Part shown: piece by piece, positions 23,851 to 37,876 of the stretch
How the letters are laid out: each line of letters begins with the position of its first letter
Position numbering within the stretch: the first letter of the stretch is position 1
From: Azolla caroliniana
Lineage: Eukaryota > Plantae > Polypodiophyta
Direction: 5' to 3'
Length of the DNA stretch: 64,000 nt
Assembly: GCA_043228905.1 (NCBI GenBank)
Contig: JBHGNT010000002.1
Location: 11,098,001-11,162,000, forward strand
Made by a program: the position numbers and the translations under genes
The notes under the pieces: model-generated
Told to the model about the DNA's origin: nothing
The model's database searches: none
Seen by the model: only the letters and a program-made list of their open reading frames with translations

Positions 23851-26800
23851 CTCTCCCTTCACTCCGGCATGGGATTTCTTGTTAATCCGATATGTTCTCC
23901 TTCGTGTGGATCTTCGTCAGCATGAAGTTTTGATCTTCTACACTATCCTGAATCTAGTGATACCTCAGTTGGATGTGCTTCGTTCGGGAATGGTAGGTTG
24001 CATTCATCGCAAGGTGTATGGCACTTTGACTATCACAATAAAGGCGGTATTCCTCCTGTCGGATCCCTAACTCTCCGATCAAGTCCCTCATCCACATTAT
24101 CTCCTTGCAGGCTTCCACAGTTGCCATGTACTCCGCTTCTGTTGTTGATAGTGCAATAGACTTCTACAGCCTCGACTGCCATGATACCGCTCCCCCTGCA
24201 TAAGTCATGACATATCCGGATGTAGACCGTCTGGTATCCGCATGAGCCGACATATCCGAATCCGTGAATCCGTCAAGTTGGGGTTTACCGGAGCCAAACC
24301 GGAGGCACATACTCAAGGTGCCTTTCAAGTACCGGAGTATCAACTTGACCACATTCCAATGCTCTCTTCTGGGATTTCTCAGGAATCGGCTAACTACTCC
24401 GACAACATATGCAATATCTGCCCGGGTGCACACCATTGCATACATTAGACTTCCGATGGCAGAGGCATATGGTATCTTCGTCATATCTGACTTCTCTACC
24501 TCTGTCTTCGGGTTCTGCTTTCCGGACAACTTGCAGTTTGCCGGAAGTGTCGATCTGACCGGTTTCGCCTCCGACATGTTGAACCGTTGAAGCACCTTTG
24601 TCACATACTTTTCTTGTGACAACTACAATAGTTTCTTCTTCCGGTCCTAGATTATTTTCATCCCCAAAATCTATCTTGTTGAACCCAAATATTTCATTGA
24701 GAAGGTCCAATTCTGAGCCTTCTTCAGCATTTAGATCTTGACTTGGTCTCGTTTGATGATCAACATATCATGCACATATAGCAGGAGTATCAAGAAGTCT
24801 CCTCGGACAAATATCTTCACAAACATGCAGTGATTGGTTGGTACCCTTGATCGGTCATGAAGGAGTCGAACTTCCGGTACCATTACCGGGGGGCTTGCTT
24901 CAATCCGTATAAGCTTTTCTTCGGCCAACATACCAGGTGCTCCTCCCCTTTCTTCTAAAATCCTTCCGGTTGATGCATGTAGATCTCTTCTTCAAGGTTG
25001 CCATATAGGAATGTTGTCTTGATGTCCAGTTGCTCTACCTCGAGGTCCATGCTTGCCGCTATGCTCAATACCGTCCGGATGGATGTCATCTTTACAACCA
25101 CGGCAAAGATCTCACCGAAATCCACACCTTTCTTCTGCTGCAAACCCTTCACTACGATCCGGGCCTTGTACCTTGGTGGATTTCCGACGTCTCCCGGTTT
25201 CAGCTTGTACACCCACTTATTCCGGAGTGCCCTCTTTCCTTTCGGCAACTCCATCTGTTCGTATGTGTGGTTCTCATGCAGGGAATCCATCTCGTCCTAC
25301 ATGGCACTCAACCACTTGCGATTGTGTGTGTCTTTCTTTGCTTCTTCGAAGCTTTCCGGTTACCCCTTATTGGTCAACAATACGTGCTCTACATCCGGAA
25401 ATCTCCGAGGGGCTCTTCTCTCCCTCAGAGGCTATCTCTGTCTTTGGTCTTCGGCAACCGGTTCCTCCATCTGTTCCTCATCCGAGTTCGATTTTGGATC
25501 TTTTCCAGTTCCGGTGTCTTCTTGTTCGGTCGGTTCGGTTTCTTGTCTGAATCCGGCCAATTTGTCGAGTGTCCTCTGGTTACCAGCTAACATCCAGTTT
25601 TCAACCGGGTAAGTCCTTGTGCCCTCAAGCCGGTTTTCATTGGATGATCCGTATTTCATCACCTTCTTCTCCGACTCTCAGTCAACAATGGTCATGTCGA
25701 CCAAATCCCACAACGGGTAACTCAACTCAGCATCGTCATATCCAAGGAATATGCATGGTTGGGTCTTCGTATCTAACTTTGCTCTCTTGTCCTTTGCGAC
25801 ATGCACATATGCGGGACATCCAAACACCATCAGATGCTGGTAAGATACATCTTTACCGGTCCATACTTTCTATGTTGAGTCTCCTTCCAAGCGTGCTGAG
25901 GGTGATCTATTTATCACATAGGTCATCATTATCAACGCATTAGCCCAAAACGTCTTGGGTAGCTTGTCATGTGCTAGCATGCTTCGGACTCTCTCCATTA
26001 TGGTTCGGTTCATCCGGTCAGCCAACCTGTTCAATTTAGGTGTCTTGGGCACAGTAAATTCGAGTCATATTCCCTTCTACCGGAAGTACTACTCGAATTG
26101 CTCAAACCGCCTTCAGCTTTCGGCTGGTTTCTCTTTCCACTCTTGCATGGAGCTCCTTGAAGACGGATAGTGCCTGATCCTTTGTCTTCAATGGTGAGAC
26201 CCACAGCTTCCGGTTGTGGTCTTCTATGAACGTCACGAAGTATTGCGATCCGGTATGTTACTTCGTGTCCACTTGACGCACATCGGTATGCACCAGCTCC
26301 AGTGGTGCATTCCGTCTCATCTGTGATCTTGACCGGAAGGAGGTTCGGTTTTACTTGTCGGCCAAGCAGTCGGTGCATGTCTCAAGATGCGCGTCTTTCA
26401 CCTCCAGAATGAGGTTGTCTTCAGCAAGTCTTCTCATCCCCTTCTGGCTCACATGACACAGTCTCTTGTGCCATAGCTCACCGGCAGTGTCAGATGCTAT
26501 GTTCACTTCTTCCCAGTATATCCATGCATGCATCAGGTATAGTGTGTTGATCTTCCAGGCTTAAGCCACCATCAAGCTTCCTTTGCTGAATTTCATGACT
26601 TCGTTCCAGATGCTACCCGTGTAGCCTTCATCATTTAGCCGACCGGCTGATATCATGTTCAACCAAACCTCCAAAACATGTCCAACTTCTTTCAGCAGAA
26701 ATTTGCATTCAGTTGATGTTGTCAATAACACATCTCCTATGCCGACAATTCGGCATGTACCTTCATTCCCCATGCAGACACAACCGTGATCTCCGACTAC

Positions 26801-27154
26801 GTAGGATGAGAAGCATTTCCGTTCCGGAGTCAAATGGAATAATGCTCTGGAATTGAGAACCCGCATTGTCTCATTGCCGACAAGGTTTAACTCATTGTCC
26901 TCGGAAATGAGCATCGGTTCTTCTTCACTTGTCACGATCGCCGATGTTCTTTTCCAATCTGGACCTCTCTGGTCCGAACTCTTCTTTGGATCAGTGGTGT
27001 CGGTCCCTTTTTCTTTCCCTAAATCCCGACAATTCTTCTGGAAGTGCCCCGACTTCCCACAATAGAAGCAAGTAGGCCTCTCCCTTGACTTCGACCTCAT
27101 CCTCGATTTGTCGCAGTTTTGGGCACTCCGATACGGGCATGTTCTAAACAACAA
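23851..27154 (-). pseudogene. Degenerate Tnt1/Tork-like copia polyprotein (same group as the 48550-54212 element)
   Basis: CFYCGKSGHFQKNC, LWHKRLCH, MDSLHEN, RYKARIVVKG, GFTDSDM, VSWQSRL. Confidence 0.9.
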
Positions 27155-27620
27155 ATGGACGAAAACAAACTAACACAGAGATGACACATGATGTTTACGT
27201 GGAAACCCTAAATGGAAAAGCCACGGGAGCCCACATACTCCAACTATCACTATGAGGGGAGGAATACAATGTGAGACTCAGAGGCAACGACCTCGAGCTC
27301 TTTGTGTTCGCCAACGGGCGGTTACAAAAGAAATCGTTTTGTGTCTCTCTCTCTCTCTCACTCAATATGTACACGCTATCAACAACTCTCATCATACATC
27401 ACACATAAAGTGATTAGCCTAAGTCATATTTATACTTATATGACTTTAGGACTATTTACAAATATAGCCTCGATCGGCTCACTATGAAAACATATTTACA
27501 CATACGTTCTTGGATCCGGTTTGCACTGGATCCATCCGGACTCACTCGATCCAGTTTCCGGGTTTCATCTGGAACCCTCTTGGATCTGGTTCCTTCATCC
27601 GGCTACGCACGGACGAAAAG
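27155..27620 (-). repeat. Copia LTR-like copy, paralog of about 22660-23110
   Basis: Clear alignment with the 22660-23110 unit; ends approximate. Confidence 0.65.
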
Positions 27621-27639
27621 AAAAGACTCGCAGTACGAA

Positions 27640-28800
27640 GCTAGAATTTCTGCGTAGTTGAGAGAATAGTATACCATAAGGGGAGCGACGGTATCTAGAC
27701 GCACGGCATATGGCAAGATGATAAGGATGCCGTTTTATGCAAAGCTCATTGCGGTACAACAGGAGGCCATTGCATAGGATATGTTACAGCCCGAAAAGTG
27801 TGGCAAGCAGGCCTTTGGTGGCCGACTACACAAAAGGATGCATATTAGTATTGAAACAGTGCGACCTCTGCTAGCACATGGGCCAACCCACGAAACTCGC
27901 ATGGATGTCGCACCAGCCAGTGTTTCCACTCGACCCTTTCCAAAAATGAGGTCTCGATTTTGTCGGCCCCTTTGCTCCGACAGCGGCACGAACAGGGAAT
28001 AAATATATCCTAGTCGCCACGGATTATTGCACGAAATTGGTAGAAGGAAAAGCATTACAAGATAACACTGTGGCCTCCACGACAAAGTTTTTATACCAAC
28101 AGATTTGGTGTCATTTTGGTTGTCCGATAAAACTCATCCATGATCAAGGAAGTCATTTTTTGAATGCGGTTATTCACGACCTCACAACTCATTACATCGT
28201 AGTACATAAGAAGAGTACGCCGTATTATCCCCAAGCGAATGGGTTAGCGGAATGGACAAACAAAACGTTGCAAAATATACTAAAAAAGATTGTTAATGAG
28301 AATAGAACGGACTAGGACACAAAGTTGCATAGGGCCTTGTTTGCTTACCGCACGAGCTATAAGACTAGCATACAATCAACCCCCTTCCGACTAGCGTTCG
28401 GGCCGGAAGCTGTAATGCCCATTGAATTTCAAGTACCTAGCTTGTGCATTCAAATCCACGAAAGATTGTTGGAAGGCCAGTCCGAACAAATTCTCCCACA
28501 ACAATTGCTCGAATTAGGCAAAGCGAGAGTCCGTAGTATCGCAATCCTGGAACACAAGCAGCAAAGACGAAAAGCGTTTGTAGACCGACACTGCGGCAAT
28601 AGTGAAAAGCACTTTAAAATTGGTAAAGCGGTCTTAGTTTTCCAAATTCGCATGGGCCAAATGTCGGGGAAGCTACAATTCCGCTCGACATGGCCGCATT
28701 GGATAATAGGGGTAGAAAACGAACATTCCAATTAGGCAGCCTCGCAGGCGAAGTATTGCGGCAAAAAGTGAACAGGTTCCGCCTAAAGCCGCAAAATCCG
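27640..28800 (+). pseudogene. Athila/Tat-like integrase (probable continuation of 21950-22612)
   Basis: FGCP.KLI.DQGSHF, STPYYPQANGLAE, AYRTSYKT, PFRLAFG.EAVMPIEF. Confidence 0.9.
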
Positions 28801-29176
28801 TTTCGCCCTGTAAAACAGAATACAGCCGTTGTCTCTCACCGCGACAAATAGAAGGGGCTCACTTGTAGAAAATTTAACATCAATGTTGTACTTTACCGTT
28901 AAAACAAAAAAGAAAATAAGAAGAAGAGAACAATTTCCAAAGAAAGGAACACACTTCAACGCAATGATGCACAGACCCATGAACCCTAAGTCACAAAAAG
29001 AGGAGAATAGGCAGTTTTCTACACATTCTAGAAAACAAAGTCAAGCCTTCTACTCTCCTCGCTCTCCTCGTACCCCTCGTTGTCCTCACTCCCTTGCCTA
29101 TCTCAGACACCACGGTCGGAGTACCCTGCGTGCTCTACCTCATAACCACTTCTCTTACGATCATTGCCAGGAGAAT

Positions 29177-31500
29177 ATGCCGATTTCCATATCCTCAGCG
29201 CTGCGATGATGGCTCCTGGAAAAGGGTTTTGAAGGGTACATCCAGGTAGTAGAGGCGCCTCCACACCCTACCCCATCGATTGGGGGTAATCACGGGCCCA
29301 ACGCTAAGGAAAGGCCTTCACGCATTTCTGGCCAGGAAAAAGATGCGTCCAATAATACAACAGTACTTAACCATACTATTCCCTCCCCGAGGACTTCCCG
29401 ACCCTGACACAGCCAGACCCACGACTCCACCTCGGTCCATGAAACGGAGGTTAGCAAACCTCGCAACAACGGAATGGGAGGAAGAACCGAACCCTTCCAC
29501 CACCGAAGCAGCTTTGACGCAAGAAGAGCTACAAACAAACCGCGTCGACTCCACAGAAGCGCCAACTACGTCTGAGAAGGATGATCAAGAGCCAAATCGA
29601 GGCAGTCCTAGGCCTAAGCATTGACGCCTGGATAGGAAGGACAGGCACAGGTTGGTAAAGATACGGATTTGCGGGTCGAAGATTCCACCCCCACGGAGCC
29701 CACTTCCACATTTGCACTCATTCACGAGCCGTAGCCGATCATAACCACACAATCCCAACGTGGTAAAGGCGTGCTCAACTATACGGGCATTTCGAATAAA
29801 GACCATGAGTTTGGCGCATTGTTGCAGTTTTGGTACGACATACAAACTCATGGTATTTCTGGCCACACAACAGATAAAAGTGTCCCAGCGAGCGGCCAAG
29901 GAGCACACCGAACAACAAATGATCGAGTGTGCACTAACATAGACGGCGCAGAGTGAGGATGAAGAACCACTAACAAAAGTGGATAGGAAGCGCAATGCGG
30001 GGGTTCACCGTGTTGAAATCGAACTCCCTCCACTAAATGCTGCCTTAGTGGAGGTCCATAGGGAGTTGGCAAGGGTCAGTCGAGGCGCCAAAGACATGGC
30101 GATTAATAATTAAAATGTGTGCAAAACCGTCAAAATAACCCAGGACCAATTAAATAAGGCGAAGGAGCACATCACATAGTTGGAGAATAACACGACTACC
30201 ATGCAACACCTTCCGGCTACTACCTCCCATGACTCCGAAGTGACGACTCTTTGAGAGGAGGTAGAGGCTCAAACAACAATAGTGGCAAAGGTGAAAAAGG
30301 TTGTGCAACAAGCTGAAACGGAGATTAGCTACCTTTTATCAAAGCTCCACTAGTCGTTAGACAGAGAGCGAACATCCGAGCAAAAGGACGCAAGGCGGCA
30401 AAGATGATTCATGACAAGCTCGATGCCGAAATAGCAGCACATGGCCGAACAAAGGAAGAGAGGGATAAGCTTCACGAAGAAGGAATAAAAAATGAAAACA
30501 TCATTTCGGCGTTATGAGAAGCGGCCCTGAAAAAGAGCGAGTGGTATGACGAACAAATCGAGAACGAGTGCCAACTCCGTCAAGGTGTCGAAATTCACCT
30601 CAACAATGAGATGGGCCGACTAGAGGAGCTCCATGACAAGGAGTCGAAAATATGGGCCCAAATGGAGATGCATTATGAAGAAACAATGGTGGCAAACAAG
30701 CAAAAAATTGAGAACCTCAAGACGGCTCTAGAGGACTTATAGGCCCGCACGACTTGGAGCACGGATCGTATATGCACCCTCCTCCAAACAAAGCACGAAT
30801 GGTTTAGGCCCAACTACAAGTTGCATTAGATAAAGGATGGGTTGGATGGGTGGCACAGGTAGCAAGACTCCTCGCTTATAGAGCGGACTAGGAAAATTGG
30901 CGTAAGGAGGGGAAAGGTTTTTATAAACTAAGCGAAGAAAGCATCGCTACATTGTGTGAGGACCTTACGCAAGATTACCAAACATTGGCCGATCGTCATA
31001 CCGAAGAAATGGCACAGCTATTGGAAGACTTCGGTGAAAGTCAAGAAGAAGTGTTCCGCCAACTGTGCGACATTGGAAGTGAACATCAAAGGACAGAAGA
31101 GATGAAGAAGGCGGAAGCCATCACCTTACAGGATAGTGACTCGCAGAATAGGACGAGTCCCCGATCGAACAAGCAGGCACATCGGAGGTGACTATGACGA
31201 CCATACCCTACAACACAGTCCCACAAGATAGTGACTCCATGGAGCATAACGAGACCCCAACCAAACAAGTAGGCACTCCGGATTTGAGTACGACGACCGT
31301 ACCCAACGACATAGTCCCAGCCACGGTAGTCAGTGTGGAGGAAGCAGTACAAGAAGAGATACGACCGGAGCCACCCACAGAGAGACTACAGGTGGAAGCG
31401 TAAGTTGAGCCACAAAGCGAGGAGCTCAACCACATTACGGTGCCACCAATCACGACTAGTAACAACGAGCACCCGGAGCCAAATATCCTCGATATTTTAG
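29177..31500 (+). pseudogene. Extra degenerate ORF region 3' of integrase (proline-rich ORF, then a long coiled-coil/acidic ORF)
   Basis: Stop-interrupted E/K/Q-rich frame at about 30100-31130; the N-terminal part is homologous to about 32290-32400 (-). Confidence 0.5.
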
Positions 31501-31561
31501 AAGATGAGTAAAGGGAGGAAGGGTCTAACGTGCCAAGGCACTATTCCATAGGCATGCCAGG

Positions 31562-31950
31562 TGTTGTCCGCTGTAAGAGGACAAACGTAAATAACGCATG
31601 ATAAAGAAATGTATTAATTATAATAGAAGCATTGAAGTAACGCATGTAACGGTTCACAGGGGAAGCGTAACCGACTAGGCCCCGTGTATATAAAGGGCAT
31701 ATGAACATTTTAAAGAGCTAGCGCAATTTTGAGGACAGTCATTTAATATAGTTTCGGTCTTCTCTAAGTTTTGTCTCTTATCTATTGTCTCTTCTCTATT
31801 GTCTCTATGTGACTGTATAAGAGTAAGCATGTAAGGTGAATACGTGTTGCGTCATTACGCACATTAGGAGCTTGATTGTAACCATCTCCAGTTTTACGCC
31901 TTTAGTAAACATGCTCTAAGTCACTACGTTCTACACTCTACGCGTCGTGG
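31562..31950 (+). repeat. 3' LTR (truncated) of the plus-strand Athila/Tat-like element
   Basis: Starts TGTT; shares AAGC.TAACCGAC...TGTATATAAAGGGCAT with the LTR at 36329-36720 (-); right end approximate. Confidence 0.65.
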
Positions 31951-31959
31951 TTGCTCCTC

Positions 31960-34900
31960 ATTTTTTCTTTTTTCTTTTATTCCTTTTCTTTCCATTTCAG
32001 ACCTAACCGTTATGATTGTCCTTATAGTACACAAGTTCTCATTTTTACCCGTAAAGCCATGTTTAATATGGCATGTGAACGTTTCGCTCGGTCATCGTCG
32101 TGGAAGTGGGCATGTTTTTCGCATTGACTCGAAAAGGGTTTGGCGGTGTGGAGCCCGACTACTCCCCAAAGTAACGCTCGAGAGCCCGTGTTGCAGGGAT
32201 CTTGAAGTGGTTTTCTCCACTCTCGGATAGGCCTAACTTCTTCATGATGTTGGCGTTTATGATGGTAATGATATTAAGCTTCCTTTCCATGTCCTACGAG
32301 TTTGGGTGGGGCAGCGCTTCTACTACCCGGATGTAGCCTGCGAGTCCCTTGTCCCGGAGCCTGCTTCAACGCAAGGCTGGGGAGATATCAATTTTCATGT
32401 TGTTGATGTCTTTGGAGACAGGTTGAGAGGCGTGAGGGGAACAAGTTGATGGCACAGTTCGAGTGACAGAGATTCTGTGGTAGCGCGGTGAGCGAGAAGA
32501 GTGAGAAGAGCGAGAGGGGCGAGGAGAGCGAAGGGAGTTAAGAGATCGTAACGATTTTCTGTAATGCATAGAGGACATGCTTGATTCGTCTTTTTGTGAG
32601 GATTAAAAGTTAGGGTTCAAGATTCGGTGAGCCATTATGTGGACGCGTGTACTTCTATTCTTGGAAGTTGTGTCTGCATGTAACCTCTTAAATAGTCCTG
32701 GTTTCTCCTCATTGTTTCTTTTTTCTTCTTTCCATTTCAGACCCAACGGTTATGATTGTCCTTATAATACACTAGTGTTACTTTTTTAGCCATAGAGCCA
32801 CGTTTAATGTGGCCTCTATCACTGGTCGGCGTTGCAGAAGTGGGCCTATTTTTCGCATTGGCTCGAAAAGTACGGATTCAACCGAAACCCGTTGACCTTT
32901 CGGCATAATACTTCTCTGCAAGAGTGCCCAAATTGAATTTCCCATTTTCAACGCTTGTAATCTAGTAAGGTCTAGTTCATCTGAATCATAGTTTACCTGG
33001 CATCTGTCCCATGCATGTCTGGAACACTAGGACACCTTTTCCAACTTTAAACCATTTCTCGTTGGTGCCGCGGTGCCGATCCACGAACGCCTTCTACCAT
33101 TATTGTTCGTGTTTCAAACTTGCCATGCTGTGGACCCTGGCTTCACCGACTTCAAGATGTTGTTGTAAGCATATTTTCTCGGACTGTCGTTTGGAAAGGC
33201 GCTCTTGAACTTGTATTCGTAGAGTTGGAAATTGAAATTCCACGGGCATTACGACTTCTAGTCCAAACACTCGCCGGAATGGAATGAATTGGATATTGGT
33301 CTTGAAATTGGTGTGGTATGCCCATAGGGCGCTATGCAGCTTAGTGTCCCAATCCCTGGTGTTGTCGTTGACGATTTTCTTTAGGATGTTGTGGAGCGTT
33401 TTGTTCGTTGATTCTGAGAGTCCAATGGCTTGTGGATAATACAACGTGCTTTTTTTCTGAACTACGGCGTAATGGTCGGTGAGCTCGTGAATTATTGTGT
33501 TGAGGAAATTGTTTTGCTTGGTCGCTGATTAGCTTTATAGGGCAGCCAAAACAATACCAGATCTACTCCTATAAGAATCTTTTCGTGGATGCCACCATGT
33601 TATCTCGTAAACCTTTTGCTTCGACCCATTTCGTAGAGTAGTCTGTGGCTACTAGGATGTACTTATTACCTATTCGTGTTGCAACTAGACTAAATGGTCC
33701 GAGCAAATCAAAACCCCATTTCTAGATTGGCTCCAAAGGTAGCACTAGTTGAAGGGGCATCCGCGCAAACTCTGTTGGTTGGCCTATTGGCTAACATAGG
33801 TCGCATTTTTTACAATACATGTGGGCATCCTTTTGTGTCGTATCTTGTCATATCTTTCGTGCGGTTGCCTCCCCTGCGTAGTGATCCCTTGCTATTCTGT
33901 AGTGAGCTTCTCTAAATACTACACTCTTTTCATTCTAGCGTACACACCTTCGCCAGATGCCGTCACTTCCATTATGGTACCATATTCCTTCGAGCATGCA
34001 GAAGTTGTAGCTTCAGACCGCCAAACGTTTCTTTTCATATGTACAGAGGCGTGGGGGTGGTAGCCCTGTACTTAAGAAATAGATCATTTCCTCGAACCAT
34101 TTGTCCGTCTAAGTGCTATTATTGGATTCTCGTCTAGGTATGCCTCGAGTTCCTTTTCGTCTAGTCCTTCTAGCATATTCACCTCTTCCGCATATAGTGG
34201 CGTTAAAGCTTGTATGGGTGATGTGGTCTCTTTCGTCGGAACCCGAACCTTGGCACGGCCCTGTCGGAAGCTAATGTTGTTAAACTGCCAGTTCTCTTTG
34301 ATATTAGCGGAACGTAACCATGTGCGATCTACCAAAATAGGGTGTGCACCTGGGGTATCGAGAGCCAACACAACAGCAACAATCTCAAAGGTATGGCCAC
34401 CTACCACGATTTCTAATTTTCAGACCAACCCCGATGGTCGGACGGAACGTGCATCCGTCATATGGAGCTAGAATGGGCACACTTCCCACTACATAATGCC
34501 GAGCCAATTACATGTGGCCTTACTAATAAAGTTTACCCCATAACCTCCATGGATAATACAGAACCACCTTGATGGCCAGATTTTGATGGTTCATCACTGA
34601 TGGCCCCATATTGGGTTCTGTAGAATTAGTCGAAATTTCGACACCATCCACCCCCCATATTCGTGTTTCCACAGTCTGCCAGAATCAGGAAACTAGGTTA
34701 AATAACTTATCCATTTTCAGGGTAATTCCACAGTTGGCAAGTGCTTGCCATATCGGATCCTCCACTTATGTCTTCTCTTGGTTGTGGGAAGATGAAGTTG
34801 CATTGGTCGATTCCTGGTGCATGCAGTTAACATTGGCTTCATTCGCTGTCTAGATGACGTAAGCTTGAGCAGCTTCGCGAATCTCTTCTTGCTCCATCCA

Positions 34901-36720
34901 TTCCATGGTCTTCGCTTTACTACGGGTCGTGACTTGTTGGACTTCCGTCGTGATTGTGTTCACGGTTGGCCCCTTCCCCTTATCACGTCATGGGCATTGA
35001 GTCGCGTAGTATTCTAGTTGTTGGAAAATAAAACAATGGACACTAGACAAACCTTTCTCGACGACTGGTGGTGCTACCGGCTCGTCTGGTGGCGCCTGCT
35101 CTTCCCACAATCACTGATAATGCCTGTTATTATGGGGCTTTCAGATATACTCCCGACCATTATCCTAGCGACACTCATCCTCCGAACTCTCATCGTGGAC
35201 CCGCTGATTACGCGCTTGTCGGTTCCCATTGTATGAGCGTGGTTAGGCCTGACCACCACGAGTGTTAGTGGAATGCCGATTGTCGTAGTGTCATCCTCCG
35301 CGAGGATTATAGTGGTCATTTCTTGCATACTCCTCTTCCTCCTGATCCTCATCCTCCAAATATGAATCATTGTCGTGGTGAGGACGGCTAGGGTGGCCCG
35401 AACGATGGTTGCGCTCCGAATTCCGGTAGCACTCCTCTTGGTGGCTCTGGTTGTTTTATCTATTAGTACGTTGAGGCTCGATAAAGTGTACCAATGTTAC
35501 AGGACGATTAAACAATATTATATTCGCATTGCTCCATTGTATGCACCAGAGTGTGACAGATAGGGCAGTGGGCCCGCATATTGCAATCGACAGCCAAATG
35601 TATCGAATTCAGGCATATCGTGCACTGCACAACGTGTCGAAAACGATACTCCTCCTCCCAAGGTAATGCCTCTCATAACGACATCATGGATATGACATCA
35701 TCTTCATCCTCTAGTTCCATCTATAAATCCCATTCAATGACCATGTGCGTTGTATGTCCCATCAAGTTTTGCATTCCCAATGTCATCCGCAAGGGTCAGC
35801 GCAAGGTAGTCAAGAACGTTTCTTTAGCCTCGTCTTCGGTGGGAGCTCTCGTCAGCTGGCACCTTAGATTCTGGAATCATAGGCTGAAGTTGAGGACGGT
35901 CTCTTCCTAGAGCTGCCAAATAGAGTAGAATTGGCCGCTAATTTCGCGGTGCGGAATGCTTCGGTGGACGAAGCGAGGGTACGAGAAAGCCATTGTGGTA
36001 TATTGTCCAGAGGTGGGATAACTACTATCGTCCCGGTGTGGGGAGGTGTGTGCTGAGCTCGTAGTTTCACTACGGTGGTGAAGTGAGGATAGAACCTCCT
36101 GCCCCATACCGCTTTGCCCAGTGAGTGTTAACTCGAGTGTACTCTCCAAGAGATCTGGCAGGCAGTTGTTGAGGCGTCCTTTCTATGTAGCGCGTTCTGC
36201 TGCCCTCTGGGTTTCGACGTGGGTCTGTCGTCAAACATGACGAACTGGTTCTTTGCTTCTTCGGCGGTTAGACATCCATTGCCAAATGTTTGGTTCTACA
36301 AATCATAGATCACCCGGCGTGCCAAAAGTGTTATTTTCCAGGGTAAACATGGCCTACCCTCATTCCTTCGGGGTACGACTCAAGAAGATTGGGGTGCAGG
36401 AAATGGAGAGCATATACCGCTCATCACGGATGGCTATGAGAGTAATGCGTAGCGTGACGTAAGCTTAGCGAAAAGGGCATTAGGGAGCCAGCTACAACCG
36501 ACCTCCCTCGCTCAATGTGTACCCTTTGCGTACACACGCTTACACAATTTTATCTCACCCAGAGAATACGCTAACGAAGAACACACTGAACATAGTGATT
36601 CGGAACAACACTACTATATTTCAGAGAGTACCAAAAACTACGCTAGCTTTTACAAGCTTCTCATGCCCTTTATATACAGGTTCATGGTCGGTTATGCTTG
36701 CAACGGCCTCATAATTAAGC
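31960..36720 (-). mobile_element. Degenerate Athila/Tat-like element: 5' LTR from 36329, PBS 36313-36324, gag/PR remnants, integrase about 33750-32870
   Basis: TAACA-CTTT-TGGCACGCCGGG; YYPQAIGLSE, WDTKLHSALWAY; RT/RH deleted; outer ends approximate. Confidence 0.8.
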
Positions 36721-36889
36721 TACGGCTACTTCTATCCCTACACCTTCATTTTCTTCTGCCTTTTCCCCCTTGGCCAACTTAGGAAACCAACACGAATATA
36801 CATACATGGGTTGGAGTCGGACTGATGGTAGCGAAGTTACCTAATGTAGGTGTCGAATTTTTGGTACCACATCCTAGGCGATTGTTTTT

Positions 36890-37518
36890 TAAGCCATAAA
36901 GGCTTTTCTTCAGTCCGCATACAAGGGGACCTTCCTCCCCCATCATCGTGAAGCCTACTGGTTAAGACATATAGATGTCTTCTTCCAAGTCTCTGTGTGG
37001 GAATGTTGTCTTGATGTCCAAGTGTTAAAGCTCTAGGTTTTCAGTCGCCACGACCCCAAGTAGGAGCCGAAGGGAGGTCATCTTGACTACTAGTGAGAAT
37101 ATCTTGTCGTAGTCGACCCCATGTTCTTGTTTGAAACCCTTTGTCAAGAGCAAGGATTTATTTTTGGGCTTCTTTGAATCAAATACATATTTGTATCTGA
37201 AGTGCCATTTGCAAGGTAGCGGCTTCCTTCCAGCTGATAGTTTGACTAGCTCCCATGTTTGATTCTCATGGATCGAGTCCATCTCAGATCTCATGGCTTG
37301 TAGCTATGTGTCGGCATCCGGCACGGCTAAGGCTTCCTCGTAAGAGCTTGGTTCACCTGTGTCTGTGTAGTTGACATAGTCAAGGCCTAGTCAATAGAAC
37401 TTTGTCGGCCCTCAAACTCGTCCAGATCTCCTAAGTGTCATCTCGTTCGGTTTGGATACTTCGATCGGTTGAATTAGTGGATCGGCTTTTTTTGAACCAG
37501 TGTCTTCAAGACTCCCAT
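36890..37518 (-). pseudogene. Copia RT fragment (probably the same element as 56915-59180)
   Basis: GEPSSYEEA, MRSEMDSIHENQTWELV, GFKQEHGVDY. Confidence 0.85.
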
Positions 37519-37621
37519 TGTCGGGGATAGTACTAGAGGCAAGGAGAATTAGTACTAAAGATAGAGGAGAAGAATGAAGATTAGTACTAAAAAGGGAAAG
37601 AGTGTGTGAGAATCACCAGAC

Positions 37622-37667
<46 letters not shown>

Positions 37668-37876
37668 TGACAACAAGAAGTATATTATATTATATGAAGC
37701 AAGATAAAAGAACATCTAGGAGGCTTAAGACTGGCATTGAACCGAATTCGTTTTCAATAATGCCATGTGGCTCTTTTTATAGTTTGCTTAGGAGTACTCT
37801 TGACATTTCTAGTATGTTCTAGAGTACATGGATTTCTTAAGTGAAATAATAAATGAGAACAATTTTTTTCATATTA

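Noticed and set aside
23462-24070. 202-aa plus-strand ORF
   Set aside because: Antisense to a copia LTR and RNase H; repeat-rich with no domain.
31510-31523. Purine run as the PPT of the LTR at 31562
   Set aside because: It is about 40 nt from the LTR start, is not followed by TG, and has no counterpart in element F; kept only as an alternative.
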